Source: Pyrodictium occultum (GTDB lineage: Archaea; Thermoproteota; Thermoprotei_A; Sulfolobales; Pyrodictiaceae). From it: 32,000 nt of DNA. Shown here one piece after another: positions 7,077 to 15,490 of this stretch. The stretch covers positions 180,001 to 212,000 of the forward strand of contig NZ_LNTB01000001.1 in NCBI RefSeq assembly GCF_001462395.1. The letters run 5' to 3'. The notes below the pieces were generated by a model that saw nothing but the letters and a program-made list of their open reading frames with translations, searched no databases and had not been told where the DNA came from. Positions within the stretch are counted from its first letter, which is position 1, and the number at the start of each line of letters is the position of its first letter. Position numbers and translations under genes: made by a program.

Positions 7077-7662
7077 TACCCCTGCTCCTCCTCGGCGTGT
7101 ACACCCCGCAGACCGTTGTGAAGGCTCTGCCAGCGCTGTGTAGGAGTATCCTCGCCTTCCCAAGCTCCCAGCCGTAGCGCTGGTTGTAGAGCCCCGGGTC
7201 GGTGTAGGCGGCCTCGACGTCGGCGACCACGAGGTGCACGTCCTCCGCCAGGTCGCTGAGCACTCGGTGCACCCTGGCCTCCACCACCCCTATGGGCCTC
7301 GGCTTGGCCAGCCGGGGCGCCCCCGTCACAGTGTCGCGGACGACCTCGGCGCCCAGGAGCCTCAGCTTGTCGACCCTCCTCCCGCTGGTTGTGCCCGCCG
7401 TGTAGACGAAGTACACCTCGCCCACGGTGACCACGTTGACCGTGAAGAGCCTGGACTCGAGTATTAGCTCGGTAGTATAGGCCTCCTTGTCGAGCGCCGC
7501 CACTATCCTCGGGGGCTCCTCGCTGAAGGGCGAGACCCAGGATGCGGGCATCAGGTTAACCCTGCCACGGGCCTCGGCCACGAGGACGTAGACGGGGCGG
7601 GGCGAGAGGACCCGGTACCACTTCTCGCCGGCATCCACGTAGCCGCTCGGCAGGCCGGGCAA
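7069..7662 (-). CDS. flavin reductase-like FMN-binding domain protein
   Basis: PRPVYVLVAEARGRVNLMPASWVSPFSEEPPRIVAAL resembles the Flavin_Reduct (PF01613) N-terminal core. 197 aa. TTG start. Confidence 0.7.
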   Translation of the reverse strand: MPGLPSGYVDAGEKWYRVLSPRPVYVLVAEARGRVNLMPASWVSPFSEEPPRIVAALDKEAYTTELILESRLFTVNVVTVGEVYFVYTAGTTSGRRVDKLRLLGAEVVRDTVTGAPRLAKPRPIGVVEARVHRVLSDLAEDVHLVVADVEAAYTDPGLYNQRYGWELGKARILLHSAGRAFTTVCGVYTPRRSRGNA

Positions 7663-7746
7663 CGCGCAGCCCCCTCCAGGGGTTCTGTCCCCCCGGGGCC
7701 TCTGGAGGCCCCCCGGGGGCCCCCGAGCTGCCGGGAGGGACGCACG

Positions 7747-7754
7747 CTATAATA
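7747..7754 (+). promoter_or_regulatory. TATA-like box (ctataata) in the divergent region upstream of rtcB
   Basis: This is the only AT-rich element in the 164-nt GC-rich divergent intergenic region. A GGAGGTG Shine-Dalgarno-like element lies at 7811-7817. Confidence 0.35.
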
Positions 7755-7826
7755 CGGGGCTGAGCCCCGAAAGAGGTTCTGGGGTCTACTCGGCCGAGGA
7801 CGGGCAGGTAGGAGGTGCAAACAGGC

Positions 7827-9281
7827 ATGAGCGCTAGGATGCCCCTCAAGAGGGTCGGGGACTACGAGTGGATGATACCTAAGGGCGCCAAGCCCTGCAT
7901 GAGGGTTCCCGCGCTCATCTTCGCCGACGAGTTCCTCCTGGAGAAGATGAAGGGCGACCTGACCCTGGTCCAGGCCGCTAACGTGGCCTGCCTCCACGGG
8001 ATACAGAAGTACAGCATCGTGATGCCCGACGGCCACCAGGGCTACGGGTTCCCGATAGGCGGCGTCGCGGCTATGTCGATAGACGAGGACGGCGTGATAA
8101 GCCCCGGCGGCGTCGGCTACGACATAAACTGCGGCGTGCGCGTAATAAGGACAGACCTCGACATCAAGGAGGTCAAGCCCAAGCTGCGCGAGCTGATAGA
8201 CGAGCTGTTCCGCAATGTGCCCAGCGGGCTCGGCAGCACCGGCAAGATCAAGGTGAGCGTGCAGGAGCTGAACAAGGTGCTGGACGAGGGCGTCCAGTGG
8301 GCGGTCAAGAGGGGCTACGCCTGGGCAGAGGACCCGGAGCACATAGAGGAGAGGGGGAGCTGGGGCCTGGCGGACTCCAGCAAGGTGAGCGAGCGCGCTA
8401 AGAGACGTGGCGCCGAGCAGCTGGGTACCCTCGGCAGCGGCAACCACTTCCTAGAGGTACAGGTGGTGGACAGGATATACGACCCGGAGAAGGCCAAGGC
8501 CATGGGTATAACGCATGAGGGCCAGGTAGTGGTCATGATACACACCGGCAGCAGGGGCCTGGGCCACCAGGTGGCCAGCGACTACCTCATGATAATGGAG
8601 CGGGCTATGAGGAAGTATGGCATAAGGCCGCCGGACCGCGAGCTGGCCAGCGTACCCTACAGCAGCCGCGAGGCCCAGGACTACATACGCGCTATGGCCG
8701 CCGCCGCCAACTTCGCGTGGACCAACCGGCAGCTCATCACCTACTGGACCCGCGAGAGCTTCCGCAACGTGTTCCACCGCGACCCCGACCAGCTCGGCAT
8801 GAGGATAGTCTACGACGTCGCGCATAACATAGCCAAGTTCGAGGAGTACGAGGTGGACGGGAAGAGGATGAAGATGATAATCCACCGCAAGGGCGCCACC
8901 AGGGCGTTCCCACCCGGCCACCCCGAGATACCTAAGGACTACCAGAGCGTGGGCCAGCCCGTCCTAATACCCGGCAGCATGGGCACCGCCAGCTACATCC
9001 TAGCCGGCGTGCCCACGGGCGTCAAGGCCTGGTACACAGCACCCCACGGCGCCGGCCGCTGGATGAGCCGCGCAGCCGCGAAGAGGACGAAGAGCTACCA
9101 CCAGGTCGTCCAGGAGCTGGAGCAGAGGGGCATACTTATACGCGCCAGCAACCGCGCCACCGTTGTTGAGGAGATGCCCGAGGCCTACAAGGACGTGGAC
9201 CGCGTGGCCTTCGTGGCCGAGAAGGTAGGCATAGCCAAGATAGTGGCCAGGCTACGCCCCATAGCCGTGACTAAGGGCTAG
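7827..9281 (+). CDS. rtcB: RNA-splicing ligase RtcB (3'-phosphate/2',3'-cyclic phosphate to 5'-OH)
   Basis: Near-collinear with Pyrococcus RtcB from memory: MPDGHQGYGFPIGG, GYDINCGVR, GSGNHFLEV, HTGSRGLGHQ, DVAHN, HGAGR (GMP-histidine). No intein. Start ATG 7827 lies 9 nt after GGAGGTG; 7815 and 7839 are alternatives. Confidence 0.95.
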   Translation: MSARMPLKRVGDYEWMIPKGAKPCMRVPALIFADEFLLEKMKGDLTLVQAANVACLHGIQKYSIVMPDGHQGYGFPIGGVAAMSIDEDGVISPGGVGYDINCGVRVIRTDLDIKEVKPKLRELIDELFRNVPSGLGSTGKIKVSVQELNKVLDEGVQWAVKRGYAWAEDPEHIEERGSWGLADSSKVSERAKRRGAEQLGTLGSGNHFLEVQVVDRIYDPEKAKAMGITHEGQVVVMIHTGSRGLGHQVASDYLMIMERAMRKYGIRPPDRELASVPYSSREAQDYIRAMAAAANFAWTNRQLITYWTRESFRNVFHRDPDQLGMRIVYDVAHNIAKFEEYEVDGKRMKMIIHRKGATRAFPPGHPEIPKDYQSVGQPVLIPGSMGTASYILAGVPTGVKAWYTAPHGAGRWMSRAAAKRTKSYHQVVQELEQRGILIRASNRATVVEEMPEAYKDVDRVAFVAEKVGIAKIVARLRPIAVTKG

Positions 9282-9406
9282 GCCCTGCCCCCTCTTCCAC
9301 AGTTTTCCGCGGCCAGGCCCTCCGGAGTCCCTCTCCTCAGGGGCCAGCCCGGGTAACCATCTAAGACCCTCAGTGCTGTTGTCTCCTCGGCACCCCTGGG
9401 GAGAGT

Positions 9407-9916
9407 ATGGCGGCGGGCGAAGGCCCCTACGAGGATATCGAGAAGGAACTGCGGAAGGTGCTCGCCGAGCTCCCGTGCCCCGGCTTCGCCCACGCGCCCC
9501 ACACCGCCGACGTGCTGATAGTGGCGCGGGGCCGGAGCCTCGAGGAGGCCTTCGAGCAGGCGGCGCTGGGCGTCTACGAGGTGGTGACGGACACCAGCAA
9601 GGTCGAGCCCCGGGTGGAGAGACGGGTGGAGACGAGCGGCATGGACCTATACCAGCTGCTCTACCGGTGGATAGAGGACCTGCTCTTCTACACCGACAGC
9701 GAGGGCCTGGTGTTCTCCAGGTTCAAGGTTGAGGAGATAAAGCGTGTCGGCGAGGGAGATGAGGCGGAGTACCAGCTGAGGGCCCGTGCCTGGGGGGAGA
9801 AGTTCAACCCCGATAAGCACCTCCACAGAACCATAGTGAAGGCCATGACCTACGCCATGATGGAGATAGTTAAGGAGAACGGCTGCTGGAGGGTCCAGTT
9901 CGTCATAGACATCTAG
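9407..9916 (+). CDS. archease (RtcB activator)
   Basis: HTADVLIVARGRSLEEAFEQAALGVYEVV and the C-terminal KAMTYAMMEI...VIDI are typical archease motifs. It lies directly downstream of rtcB. Confidence 0.9.
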   Translation: MAAGEGPYEDIEKELRKVLAELPCPGFAHAPHTADVLIVARGRSLEEAFEQAALGVYEVVTDTSKVEPRVERRVETSGMDLYQLLYRWIEDLLFYTDSEGLVFSRFKVEEIKRVGEGDEAEYQLRARAWGEKFNPDKHLHRTIVKAMTYAMMEIVKENGCWRVQFVIDI

Positions 9917-9974
9917 CCCCTAGCCCGTACCCGCAGCCCCGCGGGGCAGAGCAACCCTCTTAACCCCCGGCCCC

Positions 9975-10409
9975 ATGGGCCGGGGCGAGGGTGGGCCTAG
10001 AGTGGGTTTATTCTCGAGCCTCCTCCGCGGCCTGGTGGTCCGCCGCCCCGGCTCCAGCGGGGCCGGGGGTGCCGCCGGCGGGGCGCCCGGCGTGCTAGCC
10101 GAGAGGATTAGGGCCGCCGAGGAGGCGCTCCAGAGCGTGATGATACCAGGCTACGACGTCGACATAGTGTCTGGAGGCCTTGTCGAGAGGATACGCGTCA
10201 GCTACGACGGCTACAGCGTAATGGTCGTGCTGGGCTACAAGAAGAGCGACCCGGGCTGCAGCACTTGCCGGTTCATAAGCAGCGTCGCCTGGGCGAAGAT
10301 AGTGGAGGCTGCGAGGGAGGCCCTCCGGGCTCAGGGGTTCCAGAGGATACTCCTGGTGGACGCTGACACAGGCGCGGTGCTGGGGGACTACCGGGAGGGC
10401 GGGGGCTAG
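9975..10409 (+). CDS. hypothetical protein, possibly MIP18/DUF59 (FeS_assembly_P)-like
   Basis: AEEALQSVMIPGYDVDIVSGGLVERIRVS resembles the DUF59 core. The N-terminal ~40 aa are Gly/Ala-rich, so the true start may be internal. Confidence 0.45.
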   Translation: MGRGEGGPRVGLFSSLLRGLVVRRPGSSGAGGAAGGAPGVLAERIRAAEEALQSVMIPGYDVDIVSGGLVERIRVSYDGYSVMVVLGYKKSDPGCSTCRFISSVAWAKIVEAAREALRAQGFQRILLVDADTGAVLGDYREGGG

Positions 10410-12346
10410 CCCCCGCCGGCCCCGGCTCCTCCCGGCTTCTCTCCCGCGAGGTGGCGGTCCAGCCAGTCTAGTATCAGCTGCAGTCTCTTCACCCTATGCC
10501 TAGGCTTTCCGCTGCGGGATAGGTCGTGGTTCTCGCCGGGGAATATGGCGAGCTTCGTCTCCACGCCGTGGACCTTCAGCGCGGTGTAGAGCTGGAGGGC
10601 CTGGTCGAGCCAGCAGCGGTAGTCCTCGCTCGAGTGGATTATCAGCGTCGGGGTCCTGGCCCTGTCAGCGTATCTGAGGGGGCTCTTCTCCCAGCAGGTC
10701 TCCGGGCTCCTCCAGGGGGTGCAGCAGAGCTGGTCCTCTACGAAGAACCAGCCTATGTCGGTGGTGCCATACATGCTTATCCAGTTTGATATGCTCCTCA
10801 TGGTCACCGCCGCCTTGAAGAAGTCTGTGTGGCCTATTATCCAGTTGGTCATAAAGCCCCCGTAGCTCCCTCCCATCACCGCCGCCTTGTCCCTGGGGAG
10901 TCCCAGCCTCTCCACAGCGTACCTGGCGGCCTCCATGAGGTCCATGTAGTCCCGCTCGCCGTAGCCGCAGCGTATGTCGGCGAACTCCTCGCTGTAGCCG
11001 TCGCTCCCGCGGGGGTTGATGTAGACGACGGTGTAGCCGTTTGAGGCAAGCACATGGAACTCGTGCATGAAGCCGTAGCCCCACATGGTTTTCGGGCCGC
11101 CGTGGATGTAGAGCACCCAGCCCCTCGCCTCCACGCCCTCGGGGGGCCGGAGCACCCAGCCCTCCACCACCGCGCCGTCGCTGGCGCGGAAGCTGAAGCC
11201 CGTAGGCCTCGCGAGCCGGTAGCGCCTCCTCCAGGCCTCGGCGTAGCGTGTAAGCCTCCGCGGCCCGCCGCCCTGCAGCACGTAGAGCTCCTTGGGCTCC
11301 ACCGGCGTCATAAGGGTGTAGGCTATGACCGAGCCGTCTCCGGCGGCGTGGAACTCGTCGACCACTGCCTCCCCGGGGTCGAGCACGGGCTCCGGCCTCA
11401 TCCCGGGCTGGACGCGGTAGAGGAGCACCCTGCCCGCGTCGCTCACCTGGAAGAGTATCCCGCGGCTGGTCCACTGGAGGTGCTTTAAGCAGCTCTGGAA
11501 CCTGACATCGCTGTTAACCGTGTTGGCGGCGTTGCGGTCGAGGCTGCAGGTGAGGCACTCCATCCTCCCCGTCTCGGGGTCGAGGAGCCAGACCTTCTGG
11601 TGGCTCGCGAACCCCCTCTCACCCCGGTGGCCCAGATAGGCCAGCATCCTCCCGTCGGGGCTCCAGGCGAGCTCGCCGTAGCCCATGAGGCCGCTCGCTA
11701 TCCTCCTAGCATCCCCCTTCTCCACGTCGTATATGTAGACGTCCAGGAGGTATGGCTTGAGCATGTCCGTTGCAACGCTGATCGCTATCCTCCTCCCGTC
11801 CGGGCTCCAGGCCACGTCGGAGACCTGCAGCCAGTCCAGCCCCAGCTCCATCCTCTCCATAGCCCCGGAGTCCGCGTCGAGTATGAATGGCTCCACACGC
11901 GTCCTGTACACGAAGCCCTTCCCGTTGAACCAGACGGGGAGCGTCTCGACCTCCTTCACGTCCTCGTCCGGCCTCCCCACCGGGATGGCGGCAGCGGCTA
12001 GGTCGCCGCTGGGGCTCCAGGAGAGGGAGACCAGCCCATCCACCCTGGCGAGGAGCCTGCTGGCGCCCGGGGCCTCGATGCTGGCAGTCCTCAGCTCTAG
12101 GCCTGGGAGCCTCTGCTTCTGGCCCCTCCTGGCCTCAGCCCTCCTTGTGAAGACGTAGCGGCTGCCGGCCGGCGCGGGCACCGGGCAGGAGTCGCGGGGC
12201 CCGCTCTGGAGCACCAGCCTCTCGCCGTCGCTCAGCTTCACAGCCTCTATGCTGGACTCGTAGCTGTCCGTCTCCAGGCTGACCCTGGCAACGGTGTAGA
12301 GGACGTAGCCTCCGCTGCCCGCCACCGCGGGATTGGAGACCAGCAC
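10406..12346 (-). CDS. S9-family serine peptidase (prolyl oligopeptidase / acylaminoacyl-peptidase type) with N-terminal beta-propeller
   Basis: Catalytic triad context is present: VMGGSYGGFMTN (nucleophile elbow), HSSEDYRC (Asp), FPGENHDL (His). The N-terminal half has repeated WSPDG/WSPSG propeller motifs. GTG start. Confidence 0.9.
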   Translation of the reverse strand: MLVSNPAVAGSGGYVLYTVARVSLETDSYESSIEAVKLSDGERLVLQSGPRDSCPVPAPAGSRYVFTRRAEARRGQKQRLPGLELRTASIEAPGASRLLARVDGLVSLSWSPSGDLAAAAIPVGRPDEDVKEVETLPVWFNGKGFVYRTRVEPFILDADSGAMERMELGLDWLQVSDVAWSPDGRRIAISVATDMLKPYLLDVYIYDVEKGDARRIASGLMGYGELAWSPDGRMLAYLGHRGERGFASHQKVWLLDPETGRMECLTCSLDRNAANTVNSDVRFQSCLKHLQWTSRGILFQVSDAGRVLLYRVQPGMRPEPVLDPGEAVVDEFHAAGDGSVIAYTLMTPVEPKELYVLQGGGPRRLTRYAEAWRRRYRLARPTGFSFRASDGAVVEGWVLRPPEGVEARGWVLYIHGGPKTMWGYGFMHEFHVLASNGYTVVYINPRGSDGYSEEFADIRCGYGERDYMDLMEAARYAVERLGLPRDKAAVMGGSYGGFMTNWIIGHTDFFKAAVTMRSISNWISMYGTTDIGWFFVEDQLCCTPWRSPETCWEKSPLRYADRARTPTLIIHSSEDYRCWLDQALQLYTALKVHGVETKLAIFPGENHDLSRSGKPRHRVKRLQLILDWLDRHLAGEKPGGAGAGGG

Positions 12347-12436
12347 CAGCCCGTCGAGGCTCTCCGGGGTAAGCCTCTTAGCACCAGCCTGCGGGGCCAG
12401 CGCCCGCTCACCGGGCCTCTCTGGGCAGGCTGTGCG

Positions 12437-13099
12437 GTGAAAACGGGCTTGCCGCTCCGTGTGGTGGACCTAACAAGGCCCCTGGGGCCCGGCACCCCGG
12501 TCTACCCGGGCGACCCTCCGGTGATGGTGGAGACCGTGGCTGTGATACCCAGGGACGGCTTCTACAACCGTAGGGTCTGCCTGGGCGAGCACAGCGGGAC
12601 CCACGTGGACGCCCCGGCCCACATGGTGGAGGGCGGCGCCCCGGTGGACAGCGTTGAGGCCTCCAGGCTCATAGCCCCGGCGCTGGCGATGGACCTCTCC
12701 AACGCCTGCGGGGCCGTCTCGAGCCGCGAGATTATAGCGGGGCTCCGGCTCCGCCGCCTGCCCCTGCCCCGGCGCGGCTGGTACCTGCTCCTCCGCATAG
12801 GCCGCGGCTGCAGGAGCGTGTCAGTGGAGGCCGCCGAGTGGATGGCCCGCCTAGGCCTCGGGGGCCTGGGGGTTGACGCGCCGAGCCCCGACGGGCCGCC
12901 TTACCCGGTGCACCGGGTCCTCCTCTCCAGCGGGGCCGTGATAGTCGAGAACCTCGAGATACCCCGCTGGCTCGACGGCGAGAAGGTGACGCTGATAGTG
13001 GCCCCTCTCCGCCTCAGCGGGGGAAGCGGCGCCCCGGCTAGGGTCTACGCGCTGCTCGACGGCGGCAGGGCTGGCGAGTGGGTGCAGGAGCCGGTATAA
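12437..13099 (+). CDS. cyclase-family protein / kynurenine (aryl)formamidase-like
   Basis: VVDLTRPL...GTPVYPGDPP...GEHSGTHVDAPAHM matches the putative cyclase (PF04199) HxGTHxDxPxH signature. Confidence 0.8.
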   Translation: MKTGLPLRVVDLTRPLGPGTPVYPGDPPVMVETVAVIPRDGFYNRRVCLGEHSGTHVDAPAHMVEGGAPVDSVEASRLIAPALAMDLSNACGAVSSREIIAGLRLRRLPLPRRGWYLLLRIGRGCRSVSVEAAEWMARLGLGGLGVDAPSPDGPPYPVHRVLLSSGAVIVENLEIPRWLDGEKVTLIVAPLRLSGGSGAPARVYALLDGGRAGEWVQEPV

Positions 13100-13144
13100 C
13101 CCTGGCATCCCGGGTCCCCAGGGCCTGGCGGTGGAGTAGCAGCC

Positions 13145-14944
13145 GTGAAGCGCCAGGCCGTTGGGAGGCTGGAGGCGGGCAGGGAGCCCGGGGTAAGAGT
13201 GTCCCCCCTCCTCCACTACAGTATCCTCCCAGCGGCGATGGCTGGCCTCACCCACCTCCTCTCCTCCATGGCGGGCCTCCTCGAGGGCGACACCGAGTAC
13301 TCTGCCGTGCTCGGCCTGTGGGCGGTGCTCTACCTTGCCGTGGCCGCGGCCTGGCTGCTGGCCCTCAAGCCCTCCCGCAGCCTCTCCAAGGAGGAGGCCC
13401 TGGTGCTCGTCGGCTACAGCTGGGTCGTAACCCCCCTTCTATCAGCTATACCCGTCGCCTACGCGCTGGGCGTCCCCCTGGTGGACGCGTGGTTCGAGTC
13501 GATAAGCGGCTACACCACCACCGGGCTCACAATCTTCACCGGGGGAGTGGACAAGGACTTCGGCGTCTACGTGCCCTCCATGGAGCAGCTGCCCCCGAGC
13601 ATCCTCTGGTGGCGGGCTGTGACGCAGTGGCTCGGCGGCTTCGGCATAGTGGTCATGTTCCTCGTGTTCGCCAGGCTCGGCGGGCTCCCGCCCCACCTGG
13701 TCGGGTTTGCGGAGGGCCGCTTCGAGCGCCTCGAGCCCAGTATAGCCAGGAGCATAAGAGCCCTCATGGGCCTCTACGCGTTCCTAACGCTCCTCGGCGC
13801 GATACTACTCCACCTCGCCGGCATGCGCCCCGCGGACGCCCTCTACCACTCGATGACAGGCATCGCGACCGGCGGCTTCAGCCCCTACAGCGACAGCATA
13901 GCCCACTACCACTCTGTGGCCGTGGAGCTGGCCACGATGGTGGTGATGCTCCTGGGCGCCGCTAACTTCGCCGACCTCTACGCGATCATCAGGGGGGTGC
14001 CCAGGAGGCTCAGCGAGGAAACCGCATCCCTCATAGTGATAGCCTTCGCCTCAACCCTGCTGGGGGCGCTGATACTCGGGCGGCTGGGATGGCACCCCTA
14101 CGCCCCGCTCCGCGAGGCAGCCTTCGACGTGGCCTCCGCGGTCTCAACCACGGGCTTCGGGATAAGCGATCTATCCAAGGCCCCGATCGCCTGGAAAGCC
14201 TTCCTCACAGTACTGATGCTGGTGGGCGGCGCGGCGTTCTCCACGGCGGGCGGGATAAAGCAGTACAGGCTGCTAGTGCTCTTCAAGAACATAGCCTGGA
14301 CGGTGAGGGAGACCGTCCATGGGGCGGACAGGATAACAGTGCGCAGGGTTGGAGGCAGTATAATAACCGACGACGAGCTCCGGAGTATAGTTAGCGTGGC
14401 CACGCTCTTCGCCGCGGCCCATGCGGCGGGCACGCTTGCCCTGTTGGTCATACTCCCCCGCTGCAGCCTAGCGGACGCGGCCTTCGAGGCCGCCAGCGCG
14501 CTCGCCACAACAGGGCTAAGCGTTGGAGTGACCTCGGCCTCCACGCCCTGGCTCGCCAAGGCAGTGCTCATGGCGCTCATGACGCTGGGCAGGCTCGAGG
14601 TGGTGGGCTTCCTCTACATGGTGGAGGCGGCGAGAACCATGGCTGGCGGGGCCCGGCGCCGCGGGAGGCGCGCGGGGCTACGGCCGGAGGGAAGGGGTCC
14701 CTCTAGGACGGCTAGGCGGTGGCCTCGGCCTCCTGCCTGGAGACAGCGCCCGCCGCCGGGGTGGAGACGGCTGCCAGCAGGGGCCTCTCAGCCCCCGAGC
14801 GAAGTGCCTCGAGGAGCCTCCTCGCGTACACGGTGGCGGTGTAGGCCTTATAGCTACCCTTGGCGAACACGGGCTCCACGACCCCGAGGGCCTCCAGGCA
14901 CTGGAAGGCCGCTAGCACCAGGTAGCGGGGCAGCCCGGTCCTAA
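13145..14944 (+). CDS. trkH: TrkH/KtrB-family K+ transporter membrane subunit
   Basis: Four pore-loop signatures: SISGYTTTGLT, SMTGIATGGFS, VASAVSTTGFG, AASALATTGLS. The last ~100 codons are Arg/Pro-rich and antisense to the 14712-15116 gene (see findings). Confidence 0.85.
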   Translation: MKRQAVGRLEAGREPGVRVSPLLHYSILPAAMAGLTHLLSSMAGLLEGDTEYSAVLGLWAVLYLAVAAAWLLALKPSRSLSKEEALVLVGYSWVVTPLLSAIPVAYALGVPLVDAWFESISGYTTTGLTIFTGGVDKDFGVYVPSMEQLPPSILWWRAVTQWLGGFGIVVMFLVFARLGGLPPHLVGFAEGRFERLEPSIARSIRALMGLYAFLTLLGAILLHLAGMRPADALYHSMTGIATGGFSPYSDSIAHYHSVAVELATMVVMLLGAANFADLYAIIRGVPRRLSEETASLIVIAFASTLLGALILGRLGWHPYAPLREAAFDVASAVSTTGFGISDLSKAPIAWKAFLTVLMLVGGAAFSTAGGIKQYRLLVLFKNIAWTVRETVHGADRITVRRVGGSIITDDELRSIVSVATLFAAAHAAGTLALLVILPRCSLADAAFEAASALATTGLSVGVTSASTPWLAKAVLMALMTLGRLEVVGFLYMVEAARTMAGGARRRGRRAGLRPEGRGPSRTARRWPRPPAWRQRPPPGWRRLPAGASQPPSEVPRGASSRTRWRCRPYSYPWRTRAPRPRGPPGTGRPLAPGSGAARS

Positions 14945-15116
14945 CCACCACGTCCCCCGGCGAGACCACGTCCCTGGACACGATGGCCTCGAGTATAGCG
15001 GCCAGCCTCTCACGGCTAGCATCCACGGCCACGACCCCGGGCTCGTATGCTTCACCCGAGCCCGAGGAGCCTAGAAGCCCCTGGCCTAGTAACACCCGCC
15101 GGCCCCAGGCGCTCAC
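14712..15116 (-). CDS. hypothetical protein, winged-helix-like
   Basis: RERLAAILEAIVSRDVVSPGDVVVRTGLPRYLVLAAFQCLEALGVVEPV looks like a wHTH. The GTG start overlaps the upstream gene stop (GTGA at 15113-15116). Confidence 0.5.
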   Translation of the reverse strand: MSAWGRRVLLGQGLLGSSGSGEAYEPGVVAVDASRERLAAILEAIVSRDVVSPGDVVVRTGLPRYLVLAAFQCLEALGVVEPVFAKGSYKAYTATVYARRLLEALRSGAERPLLAAVSTPAAGAVSRQEAEATA

Positions 15117-15490
15117 CCGTAGAGGACACGGTCGATCCCCCTGGCCTCGAGCCGCGCCACCCCGCCCGAGGGGTAGAGGACGGCCACCAGTCCCTCCCGG
15201 CAGCTCCAGCCCGGCCCCTCGGCGCCGGCCACGGCGGCCACGGCGGCGCCGCTCCGGTAGAGGCTGCAGAGCCTCCGCCCCCCGCCCGCCGCCACCACCG
15301 CTGCCGGCGCCACCCTCTGGCCTCTGCTCACCAGCGAGACAATCATCCCGGCCCCGCCGCCGGCCCTCTCAGCGATCTTAGCCGCCAGCCTCTCCGCGCC
15401 CGCTCCGTCGCGGGCCAGGCGGGCAGCGTAGGCGTAGAGCACCGCCTCCGGGACGCTCCTAGCCGGGGCCGGGGGAGACCCCGTGACCAC
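15113..15490 (-). CDS. hypothetical protein (possibly the C-terminal half of a frameshifted gene)
   Basis: ORF with Ala/Gly-rich but structured sequence (AVLYAYAARLARDGAGAERLAAKIAERAGG...GIDRVLYG). It overlaps the Arg-rich tail of the upstream ORF by 148 nt. Confidence 0.4.
   Translation of the reverse strand: MVTGSPPAPARSVPEAVLYAYAARLARDGAGAERLAAKIAERAGGGAGMIVSLVSRGQRVAPAAVVAAGGGRRLCSLYRSGAAVAAVAGAEGPGWSCREGLVAVLYPSGGVARLEARGIDRVLYG

Noticed and set aside
7827-9281. Possible intein in rtcB, as occurs in some archaeal RtcB genes
   Set aside because: The 488-aa product is collinear with intein-free RtcB and all catalytic motifs fall at the normal spacing.
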